Positions 36,201-49,001 of a stretch of 58,623 bases of DNA are shown here, piece by piece (position 1 is the first letter of the stretch; each line of letters starts with the position of its first letter). The position numbers were made by a program, and so were the translations under genes. Location of the stretch: contig NMRA01000493.1 in NCBI GenBank assembly GCA_002633005.1, forward strand, positions 51,527 through 110,149, written 5' to 3'. This DNA is from Phoronis australis (Eukaryota > Animalia > Phoronida). The notes beneath the pieces are model-generated. The model ran no database searches, had not been told where the DNA came from, and saw only the letters and a program-made list of their open reading frames with translations.

Positions 36201-38544
36201 AATGATTTTACTGTAATTTTTTATAATTTGTAACTACAAAATCTTCCTCTTCCACTTCAACTAAAAATTTGATTATTTAGTGAGAAACAAGCGTATTAAT
36301 AATCTCTTTTGAATTTGCTGAAATTGCGAATTTTTCCGTGGCCGTGTGTACTTATTGGAGTCTCGATTTCCGTACGAATACGCATTTTTTGCCTATGGTA
36401 CACAGGTCTGCGTTGCCGACGACTCGAAAAGCGAAAACTGCTCTTTATGATTTGGAGCAACGGAAATTGTAATTGCCGGGGCACCTGGGATCACAGGCGC
36501 TCGAATTTTCCGATGACTCGTAACCATAAATAAGAAAGATGTTTTCTTAGTAGTGAGTGATGTCAGTGGCGATCGAGGAACTGATAAATTCAAGTGCCTG
36601 TGCCTGGGATAGCATGGTTTATCAATAGCATCTCCATGTGGTTTAAAATCGCTGTGACAAATAGTGCGATTATGTGGTCAAAAATGCATTGAGCGTGGAG
36701 TAGACAGAATATTTTGTGGAAAAAGTGGATAAAAGAATCGGTCAATGTCTTCAAAACAACATAAGTCAAGGTTTGCACTCTGTAAACTTTGATAGAGGAA
36801 CAGTTACATGTCCGAGTTGCCTTGGACTAAGTTGGAGTCGGAGAACCGACTGAAAACGATGAAACACTAGAAGTAACAACGCTCCCTGAAAGGAAATTCA
36901 ACCGTAACCGGTTATTCGTTGGATTGGAATTGTGGGATGTGAGTGATGTATGAAATTCTTTTGTTTGATCCCTTGTGCACACCTGTTGGCTGCTAGTGCT
37001 AGGCCTGGCCGCCTGAGTGCGATTTTCTACGCACCTCCGAAAAGTGGTATTTTCGTTACTGCAAATGTGTTTTAAATAGCCGTTCATGTATTTCAATTTA
37101 TTTTTCGTGTTCTATTTTGTGGCTTGAGTTTTGCAGTTCAAGAGAGAAGTGACCACGTGACATAGTCTGAATGATCGGATTGGTCTAAGCCATTGTTTAC
37201 AAATTCTGCCTGCCTATTTTCAGTGTCCTTGTTGTTATTTCTTATGTCACATAGTTTCTTCTTCACCAGCATGGCTTGTGAACAATTGACTCCTGCAATT
37301 ACTGTTTGAAACTGAAAAATTTGGCCAACTTAGGATTGTGATTGATGTATGTTGTTTTGACTTTGATTTTTCCATGCTGGCTAACAGTTGGGGTATGAGC
37401 CACAGATTTGCGTCTTGACTTTTTTCCTTTTACGTTGGAATTAAATTTTTTGTGGGAATTAAATTTTTTGTTGGAGTTAAATGAATATGTATTTCAGGCT
37501 TTCCAGATAATCTATGGATTGATTTTCAAATTCTTTTTGTAATTTTGTATCGTAATTATAAGAATTGAAAATAATTTTATAGGTCTCCCTGCAGCAAATC
37601 AAGAATAAGCTTCTGTCACTCACACTGCAAATTTTGCATCATTATCTTTATTATTTTAATTTTAAAAAATATCTTTTGTTGCATCTAATTGCCTTCATTG
37701 TTGTTGCTGAAATAGATGTCAGGTAATGCTTAAGATGAGTGCGTTTTGCCTGCATGACACAGGGCATCTTGTGATAATAATGTTTACTTTTGATCTGTTG
37801 AGGTATGGTTTAGATTGAAATGTGTATTTAGGGCCTTAGAAATTTCTTCTTTTTTGTCATGGGTCATTTCCAATCCCTGTTTTACGCAAATCCTTGGTTA
37901 TACACTTAAGGTTATGCAGGACCTTATCAACAAGTCTCTTTATTTATCCAATTATCAACAAAACTGTACATTTTAACAAGGTAAAAGTATTTATTTTCAA
38001 TTTTTTTTTTAAATCATAAAAGTCTCCGCATACAAAGGTGGAATATGTCATTTATCTTCATGTAGGATTCTACATAAACCTGTAGTGAAACTCTCTGGAT
38101 TGGTGATTTGAGATTCCAGTTAGAAGAGCAGTTCTTCATATTTTGGGGTCGTACTTGCTTAAATAACACAAGGTGACAAGCCAACTTTTAGTGTCTGTTC
38201 TCAAGAAATAATGAACTGTTCTTCCAAAGTCCTGAAGCCACCTCTAATTTTACTAGAAGGAAACAACTTGAGACAAATTACGCAACAGTAATTGGCCTAA
38301 GCCGTAAGCTGTTGTTTATGGGAGGCACATGAAGTATCACATTGTCTCCTTTAAAAATGAGTGTGCAAGAATTTTCTTAGAATGTATTTGTTTAGGGAGT
38401 ATTGTTTGTAATTATGTACCCTGTTTTCTTTTGGACTGAGCGCAGTTTCAGAACAGCGTAGTTTTCAAGCTAGATATGTCATTCTTAATTTTATTCTTTA
38501 GTTTTTGATGTGTCCTAATCATTAGTGTAAATGACATTAAATCA

Positions 38545-38720
38545 AATAGATGTTGCAATGCCGTGCAGTTACCGACGGATAAAAATATAAAATAGTAAAA
38601 CTAGTAAAACTAAAATGACGAGCGTCGGTACTAAAATATACTAAAATATCCCCACGTATCGAGCGATGCGCTCTTTCTCAAGGGTGTGCTACAGACTGTC
38701 ATTTTAGTTTTACTATTTTA
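38545..38720. repeat. Fold-back insertion between 12-bp direct repeats
   Basis: TAGTAAAACTAAAATGAC / GTCATTTTAGTTTTACTA inverted arms; GACATTAAATCA at 38533 and 38721. Confidence 0.55.
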
Positions 38721-39944
38721 GACATTAAATCACAATGTGAAATTATAGTGATATGAGCTCCTATTATTTTGTTCCTGGAGTAGAGTGAACTCCGGTGATG
38801 TACTGCAGCCCACTAAGTGTAAAATCTCACGGTTTCTACTAATAAAATAAAGATAATTAGTTGCAAGTTCCATTGAGTTGAATCTGAGTTGGCAGTGACT
38901 GTGCCAGTGTTACATGGTAATTATATATGCCAAGTGGAGAGTGTGAGAGTAAGACAGCTTTACACGAGTTCCAGTCAATGAATTGATGATGAATTCTGTT
39001 GGTCTTTAGATAGAAAGGGGAACTAGGTAGATTTAATTATACCTAAATAAGCTAGTGAGAATCAATTTTTTTATTTGACATATTGATAATATCAGGAAAT
39101 AGGATAATATATTATGACATTGTGTGGGTTATTGTACACTTGTTTAATTGGAAATGGTTTGTTTTTTGATATTTTATGATAATAATTGTGATATTTTATT
39201 ATTCATTATTACATTTATTGTGCTCTGATTACCTTAGGAGCACAAACACAAACGCTTCATGAGTGCAACTGAAAGCTCTAGGTAGTCCCAACTTCGAATT
39301 CAAATTTAGGTTATGTCCTCTCTATTTTTACATGTGTTGTTTTGTTTCCCTGGGCTCTATCTTTACTTAAATGCATGAATTTCAAGTGTATGTTGTATGA
39401 CTGTATCAAGGACTCTTGTGGAAGTCGGGATAATAGTCACTTAAAACGTACCACGTTTTGAAGATCAGTTTTCTCCATTGAATAATGGGCCACAAAATGG
39501 TTTGCACAATGTGGGACCGCTGTAACAGACTATTGCCCAAATCAATGTTTGACACTAATGAAGTTACCCTCATTAATCATGTGTAAAAAAAGATTGCAAT
39601 GCGAATATTTAAGCCCGTGAAAATGTATACGAAGCTGCGTCTTTATCCAGAATTGGATGCATGCTCATTAACGTAAAACTCCTGAATAAAACCAGGGGAG
39701 GTAATTTCTAAAATATATTGTTGATACTTGATTTGCCAGTTAGTAATTGTTAGATTAGAAGTTTTAAGAATGGACAGAAATGTGCGAGTAACAAGGCATT
39801 CATTCACCTGTCAGATGCATGTGTACGAAATACATGAGTTAATATGTCTTCAAAGACATATTATTTTGGTTGTTCGTGCATTGAACTAAATATGTGCGTT
39901 GAACTAAATACCCTCGTTCATGGTGTTGTCATTTCTCCACACAG

Positions 39945-40192
39945 CAAGATTACAAGCTGATGTGTGAGAACGCCATGACATACAACCACCCAGACACCAT
40001 CTTCTACAAGGCGGCTCAGAAGCTGCTGGACAGTGGTATGAAGTTGATGAGTAGGGACGGACTGACTAAGTTGAAGAACACACTGTCAGCAATCTCCAAC
40101 ATAACAGACGGAGAACTGGGACTGGATCAGCAAGTTGAGGAAGCCGACTGCGTCCGACCAAAGCCCAAAGAAAAAAGGAAGTCTAAAGTGGT
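39945..40192 (+). CDS. BRD7/9: BRD7/9 exon 5 (bromodomain helices B and C)
   Basis: acag|CAA..GT|gtaag; DYKLMCENAMTYNHPDTIFYKAAQKLLDSG with the conserved acetyl-lysine-binding Asn. Confidence 0.96.
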
Positions 40193-41014
40193 GTAAGTTT
40201 TCTTGGGGTAGAAGAGAAACCCTTTAAGTGGAAGTGGTATTTGTTGGCACCTCATAATTGTCAAGAAAGTGTTTGTGCTATACTGTTTTGGCAGTTTGGC
40301 TCCTTTGCAACACTATGGATGCATTCTATAGTTGCAAGAAATTTGCAAAATGACGCAAGACTACGCCAACTCGCGTGAATGAAAGGCGAGTGTTTGGCAA
40401 GTACACTCGAGACCTTACTTGTTTACGCTGTTATCGAAATTGTGGCCATTGAAATGATTGGTTGACGAGGTCGGAATGTTGAATCATGGGATAGAAATGG
40501 CTTCATTGCGAGTGTCTTTCTACAAAGTAACATTGCCTATGCTTTGCACATCTCAGACTCTGTGGTGAAAATTTCTGGCCTTGACTGGTGCAGTTTTTTG
40601 CAAATGACTCCATAGGTGTCTGTCCTTCATTTTTGTATGCTGTTCAAGCATGTGAGCCAGATTTACTTACAGCTGGGCCACAAAACTTAAGTGCAAATTA
40701 TGAGTAATTCTCCACATATTTCGCTCAATAGTAATTGCCAAAATTGTCGTTTTTTATTCTGCGAGGCTGATAACTTTGCGAAAAATAGTGGAAACTTCAC
40801 AAAATGTTGTTTTATGACATTTACGCAGTACAAACTGTGCTAGTAATGGATTCACATTTTGTTTGCAACTATTTTTGTGGAGAACTTCGACCATATACAA
40901 TTTCACTTGTCAGCCATTTTGTGCACTGCATGAGTGAAGACTTACCGTCTCATCACTGTCGAAACATGGCTTAGTTTAACATTCTTACACAATGTCTTAA
41001 CTGTGTTTCTATAG

Positions 41015-41147
41015 CAAGAAGCCTGTAGAACAGGTGGAGGTTGAGGATGATGGGGACGATGATGGTGCAAAGGAAATCTTGGCCTTGGCAGAGGCTGCAG
41101 CCAAGGAGGCTGAAGAGGAACTGGCTAGGAAGAAGGCACTATCTAAG
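41015..41147 (+). CDS. BRD7/9: BRD7/9 exon 6
   Basis: atag|C..AAG|gtaag; ...AKEILALAEAAAKEAEEELARKKALSK; phases fit. Confidence 0.9.
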
Positions 41148-41940
41148 GTAAGTGGGGGGTGGTAAGTGGTGGATGGAACCATTATTATGATATGAAGGGG
41201 TAGTTAGGCTAAGATACTCAGTCGTATGATTGAAAGCAATTACATGCTGATTTGTTTCCGATATTGACAAGCTTGCACTTTGTTTAATGAAGGCAATGCC
41301 TACACTTTATAGGTTTGTAAAATGACCTGCGATTAGATTAGGAAGTTAACATTCCAGGCAGGTGTTAAGACTGGAGCTCGTTATCTCATCAGCTCAAGCA
41401 TTCTAATTCAGAGTCATTCGCTTCAGTCAGTTAGGTCTTACTATACATAAAATGGATTGCAGGCAGACCCATGCCTAAATTGCACTGGAAGTGCGCAGGC
41501 CACATAGTTTGGGCCATTGCACAAAACACCTAATTTGAAACTCATGAGAACTCTCTTATGTATATCTAGTGAATAGGTTCTTCATGCAAGAAGTTATAGA
41601 AATCCGTAGCCATGTAGGCCACATTCATCAGCTACCAGTGCTTGGCATTTGACTCAAGTTACTGTCCACAGAGACCGTACAAAGTCACAACTGCTTCCTG
41701 TAGTCTGGTCATTTCACTTGACCTCCTACCCAGCGCAAGTTTGGTCATTTCACTTTCACTTCTGTCCTTGGCAATAGAGTTCATGCATAGCATGACCTTT
41801 GCTCCACAGATAGGCTTACAGAGAACTGTGTTCAATTTCATTGATAGGAAATTACTGATAAATATCGTTGTCTCAAGCAACATGTTGTGGTCAGCTGATT
41901 TCAAATTCCAGCTCTGTGCATATGACTGTCTGTTACGAAC

Positions 41941-42006
41941 ACATAAGGCCTATACCAGGCATAAGGCCTATACCAGGCATAAGTCCTGCACCAGGCATAA
42001 GGCCTA
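41941..42006. repeat. 18-bp minisatellite, about 3.5 copies
   Basis: CATAAGGCCTATACCAGG units. Confidence 0.85.
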
Positions 42007-42161
42007 GCCGTTATGGGGAGAACCAATACTTACGAGTCTTTACATTCCTTTGGCAAAATAGGTAAGTACCATGATAATAAGGAAATTAGGACAAAAACCG
42101 ACCCTATTCCTTATCTCGTGAAAGACATTTTTTTTTACGTCCTTTGGTCTTGAATTTCCAG

Positions 42162-42234
42162 ATTGGTTTCCTTAGGCGAAAAGAAGATGGCACCACAAGC
42201 CTCAACTTCATAAACCCTGACAATGATGGTGTCG
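42162..42234 (+). CDS. BRD7/9: BRD7/9 exon 7
   Basis: ccag|ATT..G|gtagg; IGFLRRKEDGTTSLNFINPD (DUF3512 region). Confidence 0.92.
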
Positions 42235-42405
42235 GTAGGTATTGATACAGTACAACTGACAGTGATGGTATTGGTAGTTATTGATACAGTACAATTGACG
42301 AGGCAAAGGTAATTGGACAAAATACCATTTTCACATCATGGTGGCTAATTCTGTTAACAGCAAATGTTAATAGTTAATTAGGTTGACAAAATTCTGACTA
42401 GCTTA

Positions 42406-43626
42406 CCGTATTTGACCCAATAAGCGCCCATGCCCCTGTAAGCGCTCCCCCGCCACGCGTTTTCAGACTGATAAAATAAGTGCCCAGTCCATGAACGCCG
42501 TGTACATGCGAAAAATGCCTTACCTACAGTTCTATAATTCTACAGTAACGTCTTCAATTTATCCATAAGAACTGACAGTCCTGAAAAAAGTTATTGTGCG
42601 CGGAATTTTAGACCACGAGCGTCGCCGCTATGCCGGTATTTAGCCGTGACTATACACTTCAAACTTCCGCTGTGCTTCAAAAAAGAACGCAAGCGCGAAT
42701 CAAAGACTAATAAAAACTTGACCATTGTTCAGTTAAAAGCATGTGGCCATGAAGCGCGCGTTACTGACAAGTACCTGTCATTGAAGATTAGTCTTCGGTA
42801 AATATCTATTCATGAAACGGGTAGCATAGCATCGGAAGAAATAAATACTGACGTTATTTCCAAAAGTTTCTAAGACCATAAAAAACGTTTGCGTTATTTT
42901 TAAGGGAGAACTATTAAATTAGTCGTAATTGGTGTTTTTAAAGTCAAAATGACCCACCATGGTGAACACTTCCGAACCCTTAAACCCCCCAAATCTCCCG
43001 AAAAATAACTGTTAGACTGTCACGCAACCAATCACCCTGCGACTCAATGACATCAGCCTTACTGAGACAATTTTCAAACGTTTTTAAGCAGATGAGATCA
43101 ACAAGTGTTAAATAAAACACGTTCTGCTTTACTGATTGTGTTAATTTCCTTAGTTACGAACACCTGTTAGTTACATCATGTTTACTCTGGCAAATTAACT
43201 CCCATTGGATGACACTCACTCACGCAATACGCAGACAAACTTCAAAATAAACATCGGGTGACAACATGTGTGTTCGTCCATAGATTTTTCTCGTGTTGCG
43301 GAGTACGATATAGTGCAGATTTGGACTTAATATTATGCTGTTAATCCCGACTCCACAGGAGGACTTCAGGTAATTTGTTGAGTCAAAACTATATTTTTAC
43401 TCAAGAATTCAACTTGACCTATCGGCGATCGCGAGGCAGCGAAGCATCAGTCGGCAATTTTTTGGTAATGGAATATGCGTCACAAAGTGTAAACATGATG
43501 AATTCTAGCTTACGATTTCACTCGTTTCGGAGACCGGGTTTCAACCACTTTTGGACTATAATAAGCGCCTCCCTTCCTAAAGCAAATTTTTCTAAGCGCC
43601 CTGGACACTTATTAGGGCGAATACAG
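42406..43626 (+). mobile_element. pogo/Tigger-like MITE
   Basis: TA|CCGTATTTGACCCAATAAGCGCCC ... GGACACTTATTAGGGCGAATACAG|TA. Confidence 0.75.
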
Positions 43627-43806
43627 TATGCACCTTACTAACTGTCTTGTTTAGTTCCCTTCATACTAAGTCATGATGCAAGACTACTCTGATGATCAAT
43701 TGGACTGCCCAGTCGTCATGATGGGGAATGGCCGATCATTTTGTATGAATACCTTTAGCTTGTACTGTAGCTAGTAAGTGGTGCTATTTTGAGTCTCAGG
43801 TAATTC

Positions 43807-44706
43807 AGGGGATTTCATTTGCTACAAATCTTCCACGATCAGGCCTGCTGCTATCGTTTTTCAAATGCATTGTGGGACGATGGTGCAAACCTCAAGTATT
43901 TTTTGTCCAAAATATTTGCTAATATGCATATTGATTCCATTTAGTTTGAGGCTCACTTTCATTCACGTTATTTTTGTATTCTGATTGCTTACTGGCCAAA
44001 AAGGTGTTACTGTGGACATGTGTTCAATGAATCAGTCACAAATTGAATATTGTTTTGCCCACGTAGTCACGTGATGTAGCCTTACACAAACTAACACAAT
44101 AGCGGTGAGTAATCAAGTGTGTCTAAGCAATACTACGGCGGTTTTTGATAAGCGGTTATTGTAAATTTTCACGCAACGACTCCCCAGCAAATCTTGTGTC
44201 AGCTTTTAAAGCCTTATTGAGTAACAATGTATTTCGAAGGACTTCTGGTCGTGTTGTTGTCGGCATGCTTGAATACATCATTATTTCTTTGGTTTGGCGG
44301 TTTTGGAAATGGAATAAAGTCTACTCCCCCAGTTAAACAATCATATTGTCTCATTAACACAGTGGCTATTGACATCTTTTAACCATTTTGTCTTGAAATC
44401 CACCAACGGTCGCATTTGTTTTGTACAGAAAAATGCTTAAAGAAATTGTGTTCTAGTCATTGACAGTCGTTTGTTTACATTTCCTGACCAAACTTCTGTC
44501 CAATTTGTGTGTGAGGCTATTTAGATTGACACCCTCTGACTGGTTGATTCTTGTGCACTCAAGTGACTAATAAAGTTTTCACCTCATATTATGTTCACGT
44601 AGCCAAGTTGTCTGCAATGTCACAAGATGTTTACAAGCTCACAGCTGTCCCACAATGCAGTTGAAGACCACACCAGGGCCACTAATAGAGAAAGATGAAA
44701 TCCTCA
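43807..44706. mobile_element. Degenerate MITE
   Basis: Inverted ends GGATTTCAT...TTCAAATGCATTGTGGGAC / GTCCCACAATGCAGTTGAA...ATGAAATCC; related fragment at about 15512-15560. Confidence 0.5.
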
Positions 44707-44845
44707 AGGTTGAATTATTTGTACTTGGGATTTAATTTCAATTGTGAATTTCCTTTTTGATAAGGGATCATTAGATATAGAAATGAAGAGACAGTTAATA
44801 TACGTGCAGACCAGCACTTGTTTTAGTTTTCTTATTTACTTACAG

Positions 44846-44956
44846 TGAGTGAAACAGAGCGAATAATTACCATTGGACAGATGGTCGGTAAACTGCAGTC
44901 GGGCACAGGAAGTATAGCTGGCTTTAAAGAAGACAAACGAAACAGGGTGACACCTA
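44846..44956 (+). CDS. BRD7/9: BRD7/9 exon 8
   Basis: acag|TG..A|gtgag; IGQMVGKLQSGTGSIAGFKEDKRNRVTP, close to BRD7 GFKEDKRNKVTP. Confidence 0.95.
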
Positions 44957-45272
44957 GTGAGTATGCCAGTGCTTATGGTGATTGTGTTCATTTGCAGTGC
45001 CCCCATGTGACTGGGCTACCACTAAATACATCAATGTCAGGAATTTTTGATGTGGATACTACTGCACATTCCTGATACATTTCAATACTGTTTCAGTGTA
45101 AAACGTGTAGAAAGTATGCAACCTTACTTTGATATGTAGATAAAATGAATACAAACATGCAGCAATGAACAATTCAGTTTTACCAGTTGCACAAGTGTGA
45201 CTCAAGTTCACCACGCAAGGTTTTTAGAACATTACCGGTCTGCCTAATACTAACGAATCAAAATGCTCATGC

Positions 45273-45527
45273 GGTGACATCACAGTATTCAAAGTGAACT
45301 CTCTGGCTCAAAGTATTATGGTGACCTGAGATAGTGCAAATGGTGACATCACAGTATTCAAAGTGAACTCTCTGGCTCAAAGTATTATGGTGACCTGAGA
45401 TAGTGCAAATGGTGACATCACAGTATTCAAAGTGAACTCTCTGGCTCAAAGTATTATGGTGTCCTGAGATAGTGCAAATGGTGACATCACAGTATTCAAA
45501 GTGAACTCTCTGGCTCAAAGTATTATG
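45273..45527. repeat. 69-bp minisatellite, about 3.7 copies
   Basis: Near-identical units at 45273, 45342, 45411 and 45480. Confidence 0.95.
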
Positions 45528-45924
45528 TTGCAAATCGTAACGGGAGTCAGTGGAGTCATTTTCCTTTAGCTTCAAATTTCAAAAAAAAACCATCTGTCAT
45601 ATGCTCATCACTTCGTCATTTTTTCTGTCCATACAGCAATTCACGTCTCCCTTATTTGTTATGGCAAGACTTGGACGTAGTATGTTTCCCTTGTTTGGCC
45701 TTTGATGTAAACAAAAGACTTTCAAGCAGTGTAATTTCTTTGAGTGCATACGCGCATTGTATTGGGATAAAAGCATTTCATCTGTGTTTCAAAAATAGTG
45801 AAACTGGTGATTTTTTAAGAAATTTTTGCTGCATTCAAAGTGAATAACTCTCACGTAGTAGATTCGTCACCATATGTTTAAAAGGTTATTTACGAGTTTT
45901 TGCATTCCATGCTCTTTTTTTTAA

Positions 45925-48305
45925 AGTCCCTATAAAATGACCCAACTGCCTTTTAGATATGTTAAATACATGTACTTTTGTGCAACATATTCGTTTTATT
46001 CCACACAACCACTAACTAATTACTACGCATTTTGTGCCTCCCATATTATGTGCCCCATCAGAAATCCCTTTTATTCTCTCGACGAATCACAGTAGACTGG
46101 CCTATTGACATCATCGTTGAGAACGAGCAACACATTACCGCGCTAACCCCAACCTGTAGTGAGCACCTGATCGGCTGCTGGGACAGTAAAAAACAAAGTA
46201 GTTTGCTCAAGGAACGTCACCAATTAGAAACATCGCTGACGTTAAGCATCAATGTCGACTGATAATGCAATATTACTAAGCAAAACAATGGTGTCAGGCA
46301 AAGCACCCTTCGAACCGAACAGCGGCGTAGATCTCGGATAGGGCCTGCTATCGATTCACTCACGACCCACGGCGAACCAATTTTGCGAAGTATTTGCACC
46401 CACGTAAAAGGTTCTACAACAGCTACGTTTCGTACTGAACCTGACAACGGCAAACTTACCGAACTCTGTGGTGGAAAAAATACTTATTTTTCACGTAAGA
46501 TGTCTTGATTATCCACTAACAATATCCTCTGATCGGCAATAAATCACCGCGACATGGTCGGTATCATTTTATACGATCGTGGCTCAGAAATGTCGTCAAT
46601 TAACGGTGTGGGTGAATGTAGCCTACTTCTCGTTTTTATCGCAAAAAAACAAACGTAAACATGACAACCCTTGGCTGTTACTTGCCAAACGACGGTCACA
46701 ACTTGTCTTGCATCAGAGTAAAAATAAGTCGACAACAAATTCTTAAGCCCTCTTTTCTGGGACAGCACGTGCGACCTATATATGAGTCATATGTCGCTCA
46801 CATGTTGCAGCCAATGTATCACGTACACCAGCGGTGGGAACGTAGAGGTGCACACCTCCCAAGTCGCACATCAAAAGAGTACGGCGGCCGTTCTAAATAA
46901 AATATTGCACTGATTTGGCTCGATTAAGTGCTTGGGTGTTGCATATACTAATGCATGTGACCATAAGATAGCGCTGATTTAACTTGAGTCTTGTGGCACA
47001 TTCTTTGAAATTAACATCGGGAAAGGGTGTACTTACAAACCCTGCACGAGAACGTCGGGCAGTACGGGTTTGGGTACACTTTGGAGGCACGCACTGAAAA
47101 AAGTGTGCAGTCAGCATGTCGATGGGTTGTGCTATGATGGGAACGGCGCATTTCCCTGACTTCAAAGTATAAAATGCCTTATGCAATTGATCTTTCAAAT
47201 CGAACAATAGTTTAAATATGACAACCTATTCGCAGCGCTAATTTTGTCCTTTTTGCTCAATATTTGGTTTCCACCTCAATCGCTTAGATTTTCCTGCAGG
47301 TCTCACTAATCGGCGTGCAGCTAGCTGCGCCAGTTACGGGTTAAGTTTCGTATGCCTTGTGTAAATTGCCTTTGTCTTCAAATGACGGTCCGTAGCGAGT
47401 TCCGTGACAATTGGCCGGTAAGTTTCCCCTTCTGTTTCACTTTACTCGGATTCCTCTGGCTTGAACATACACGGCGATAATCCATCCAAATGTTGTTTCT
47501 ACATTTTCTTAATCTTCCATTTCGCAATACGAGTCACTGAACGTCCGTCCATTGCAAATTATTATACTTTTCTAACCCAAGTGCGAAAAGTCTCTGGTCA
47601 TTCTTTTTCATCATGCTGCGAGTGAGCCTTTCGTTTCGTTAACATGTGTAACGCCGACTTTCTCCCCGACATAATCCCGTAATTATCACGGAGCGACTAC
47701 AAACAAATTAATTCTCCGGTACACGCATTCCGCCAGGATGTTGCCGTGGGTCCGTAATCTCCATTCATTGCAAACCTGTCCCCCAATGCACGCAGGGACC
47801 CTGTTTGTTAAATCTGTTCGTTAAACCCCAACGTCTTCGTGAATAAGTATTTGATGTTAGACTGAGTAAGTGGTCCCCACCGAGAACGCGCTACTGTCTT
47901 TGGCAACGCTAAACTATCAAGGGACAGTGAGTTGTAGGATATTACATGCACGTGGAAGTGTCGAGATAAGTGTCGTATAGTATTTGAGCTTGGTTGTCTC
48001 TAAGAGTTGTAATTTTGAAAATCTGTGACTTGAAATATGCACCAGACACCGTAAGCTAAGCTTCCTGTGGCAACGGACTGTTCGATACGTCTTGGGTACC
48101 AACGATGACGTCATTTGCGTCGATTAGATTGAGCGCCACCTAAAGTTTTTTTTCGGCGCTAAATGGGGTTCATGATGGAGTCGTACGATAGTAATTGGCG
48201 TAATTAGCTAATGCCAGGAGTAAAGGGAGGGATGATATGTTTGTGTCGATCAATGATACAGATATTTAACATTTTCAAAAGTCATTTGGCCGTTATGTAG
48301 GGTCT
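45925..48305. mobile_element. Kolobok-like DNA transposon, degenerate
   Basis: TTAA on both sides; imperfect ~50-bp TIRs AGTCCCTATAAAATGACCCAACTG / reverse complement AGACCCTACATAACGGCCAAATG; RR..YY termini. Confidence 0.7.
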
Positions 48306-48384
48306 TTAAGTTACTGTAGTAGGCAAAAAGTCTACGGTGTTTTCAAATAAAGCTAGTTTTGTTATTTCATCTTTTTCCTTGCAG

Positions 48385-48520
48385 TCACGTATCTGCAGAG
48401 TGGACCATTCAGTAGTTATGCACCTTACTATGACTCGGCATTCGCCAACATGAGTAAAGAAGATTCAGATGTTCTTTTGTCGACATATGGGTCAGATCAG
48501 GCTGTGGCATACGCTGACAG
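48385..48520 (+). CDS. BRD7/9: BRD7/9 exon 9
   Basis: gcag|TC..AG|gtaag; YLQSGPFSSYAPYYDSAFANMSKEDSDVLLSTYG. Confidence 0.96.
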
Positions 48521-48798
48521 GTAAGGTTCATGTGCATGCATTTGCCGTGTCCAAAATCCACTTACAATCAGTGTTGCAATGATTCGGTGATGGCAGATGT
48601 TGCTGAAGAAAAACATTGAATCGAAATCGATTCCAAGATGATAAAATCGAGGCTGTGATCTGAGACTTGCATAAAAAAATGTAAAGATTCACGTAAATGA
48701 GGCAGTGTCTCCTTGGCTGCGCGTAAATCTGTGATTAGAATTGAAAAAAGTCACATAAACTGGTGAAATCGCCTCACCCACACACTTATCTTTGTCTG

Positions 48799-49001
48799 GT
48801 AGCATAGGGCAGTGTCATCTGTAGCATAGGGCTGTGTCATCTTTAGCACAGGGCAGTGTCATCTGTAGCACAGGGCAGTGTCATCTGTAGCACAGGGCAG
48901 TGTCATCTGTAGCACAGGGCAGTGTCATCTGTNGTAGCACAGTGCAGTGTCATCTGTAGCACAGTACAGTGTCATCTGTAGCACAGTGCAGTGTTATCTG
49001 T
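48799..49001. repeat. 22-bp minisatellite, about 9 copies
   Basis: GTAGCACAGGGCAGTGTCATCT units; one N at 48933. Confidence 0.93.

Larger units (their letters stand above)
31129..37879 (-). mobile_element. Formerly autonomous hAT DNA transposon, 6.75 kb
   Basis: TIRs CAAGGCTTGGAA / TTCCAATCCCTG; near-perfect 6-bp TSD TCTTAC / TTTTAC; transposase remnant inside. Confidence 0.85.

Noticed and set aside
45267-45575. 102-aa Cys/His repeat ORF
   Set aside because: Simply the translation of the 69-bp minisatellite in an intron; no splice or start support
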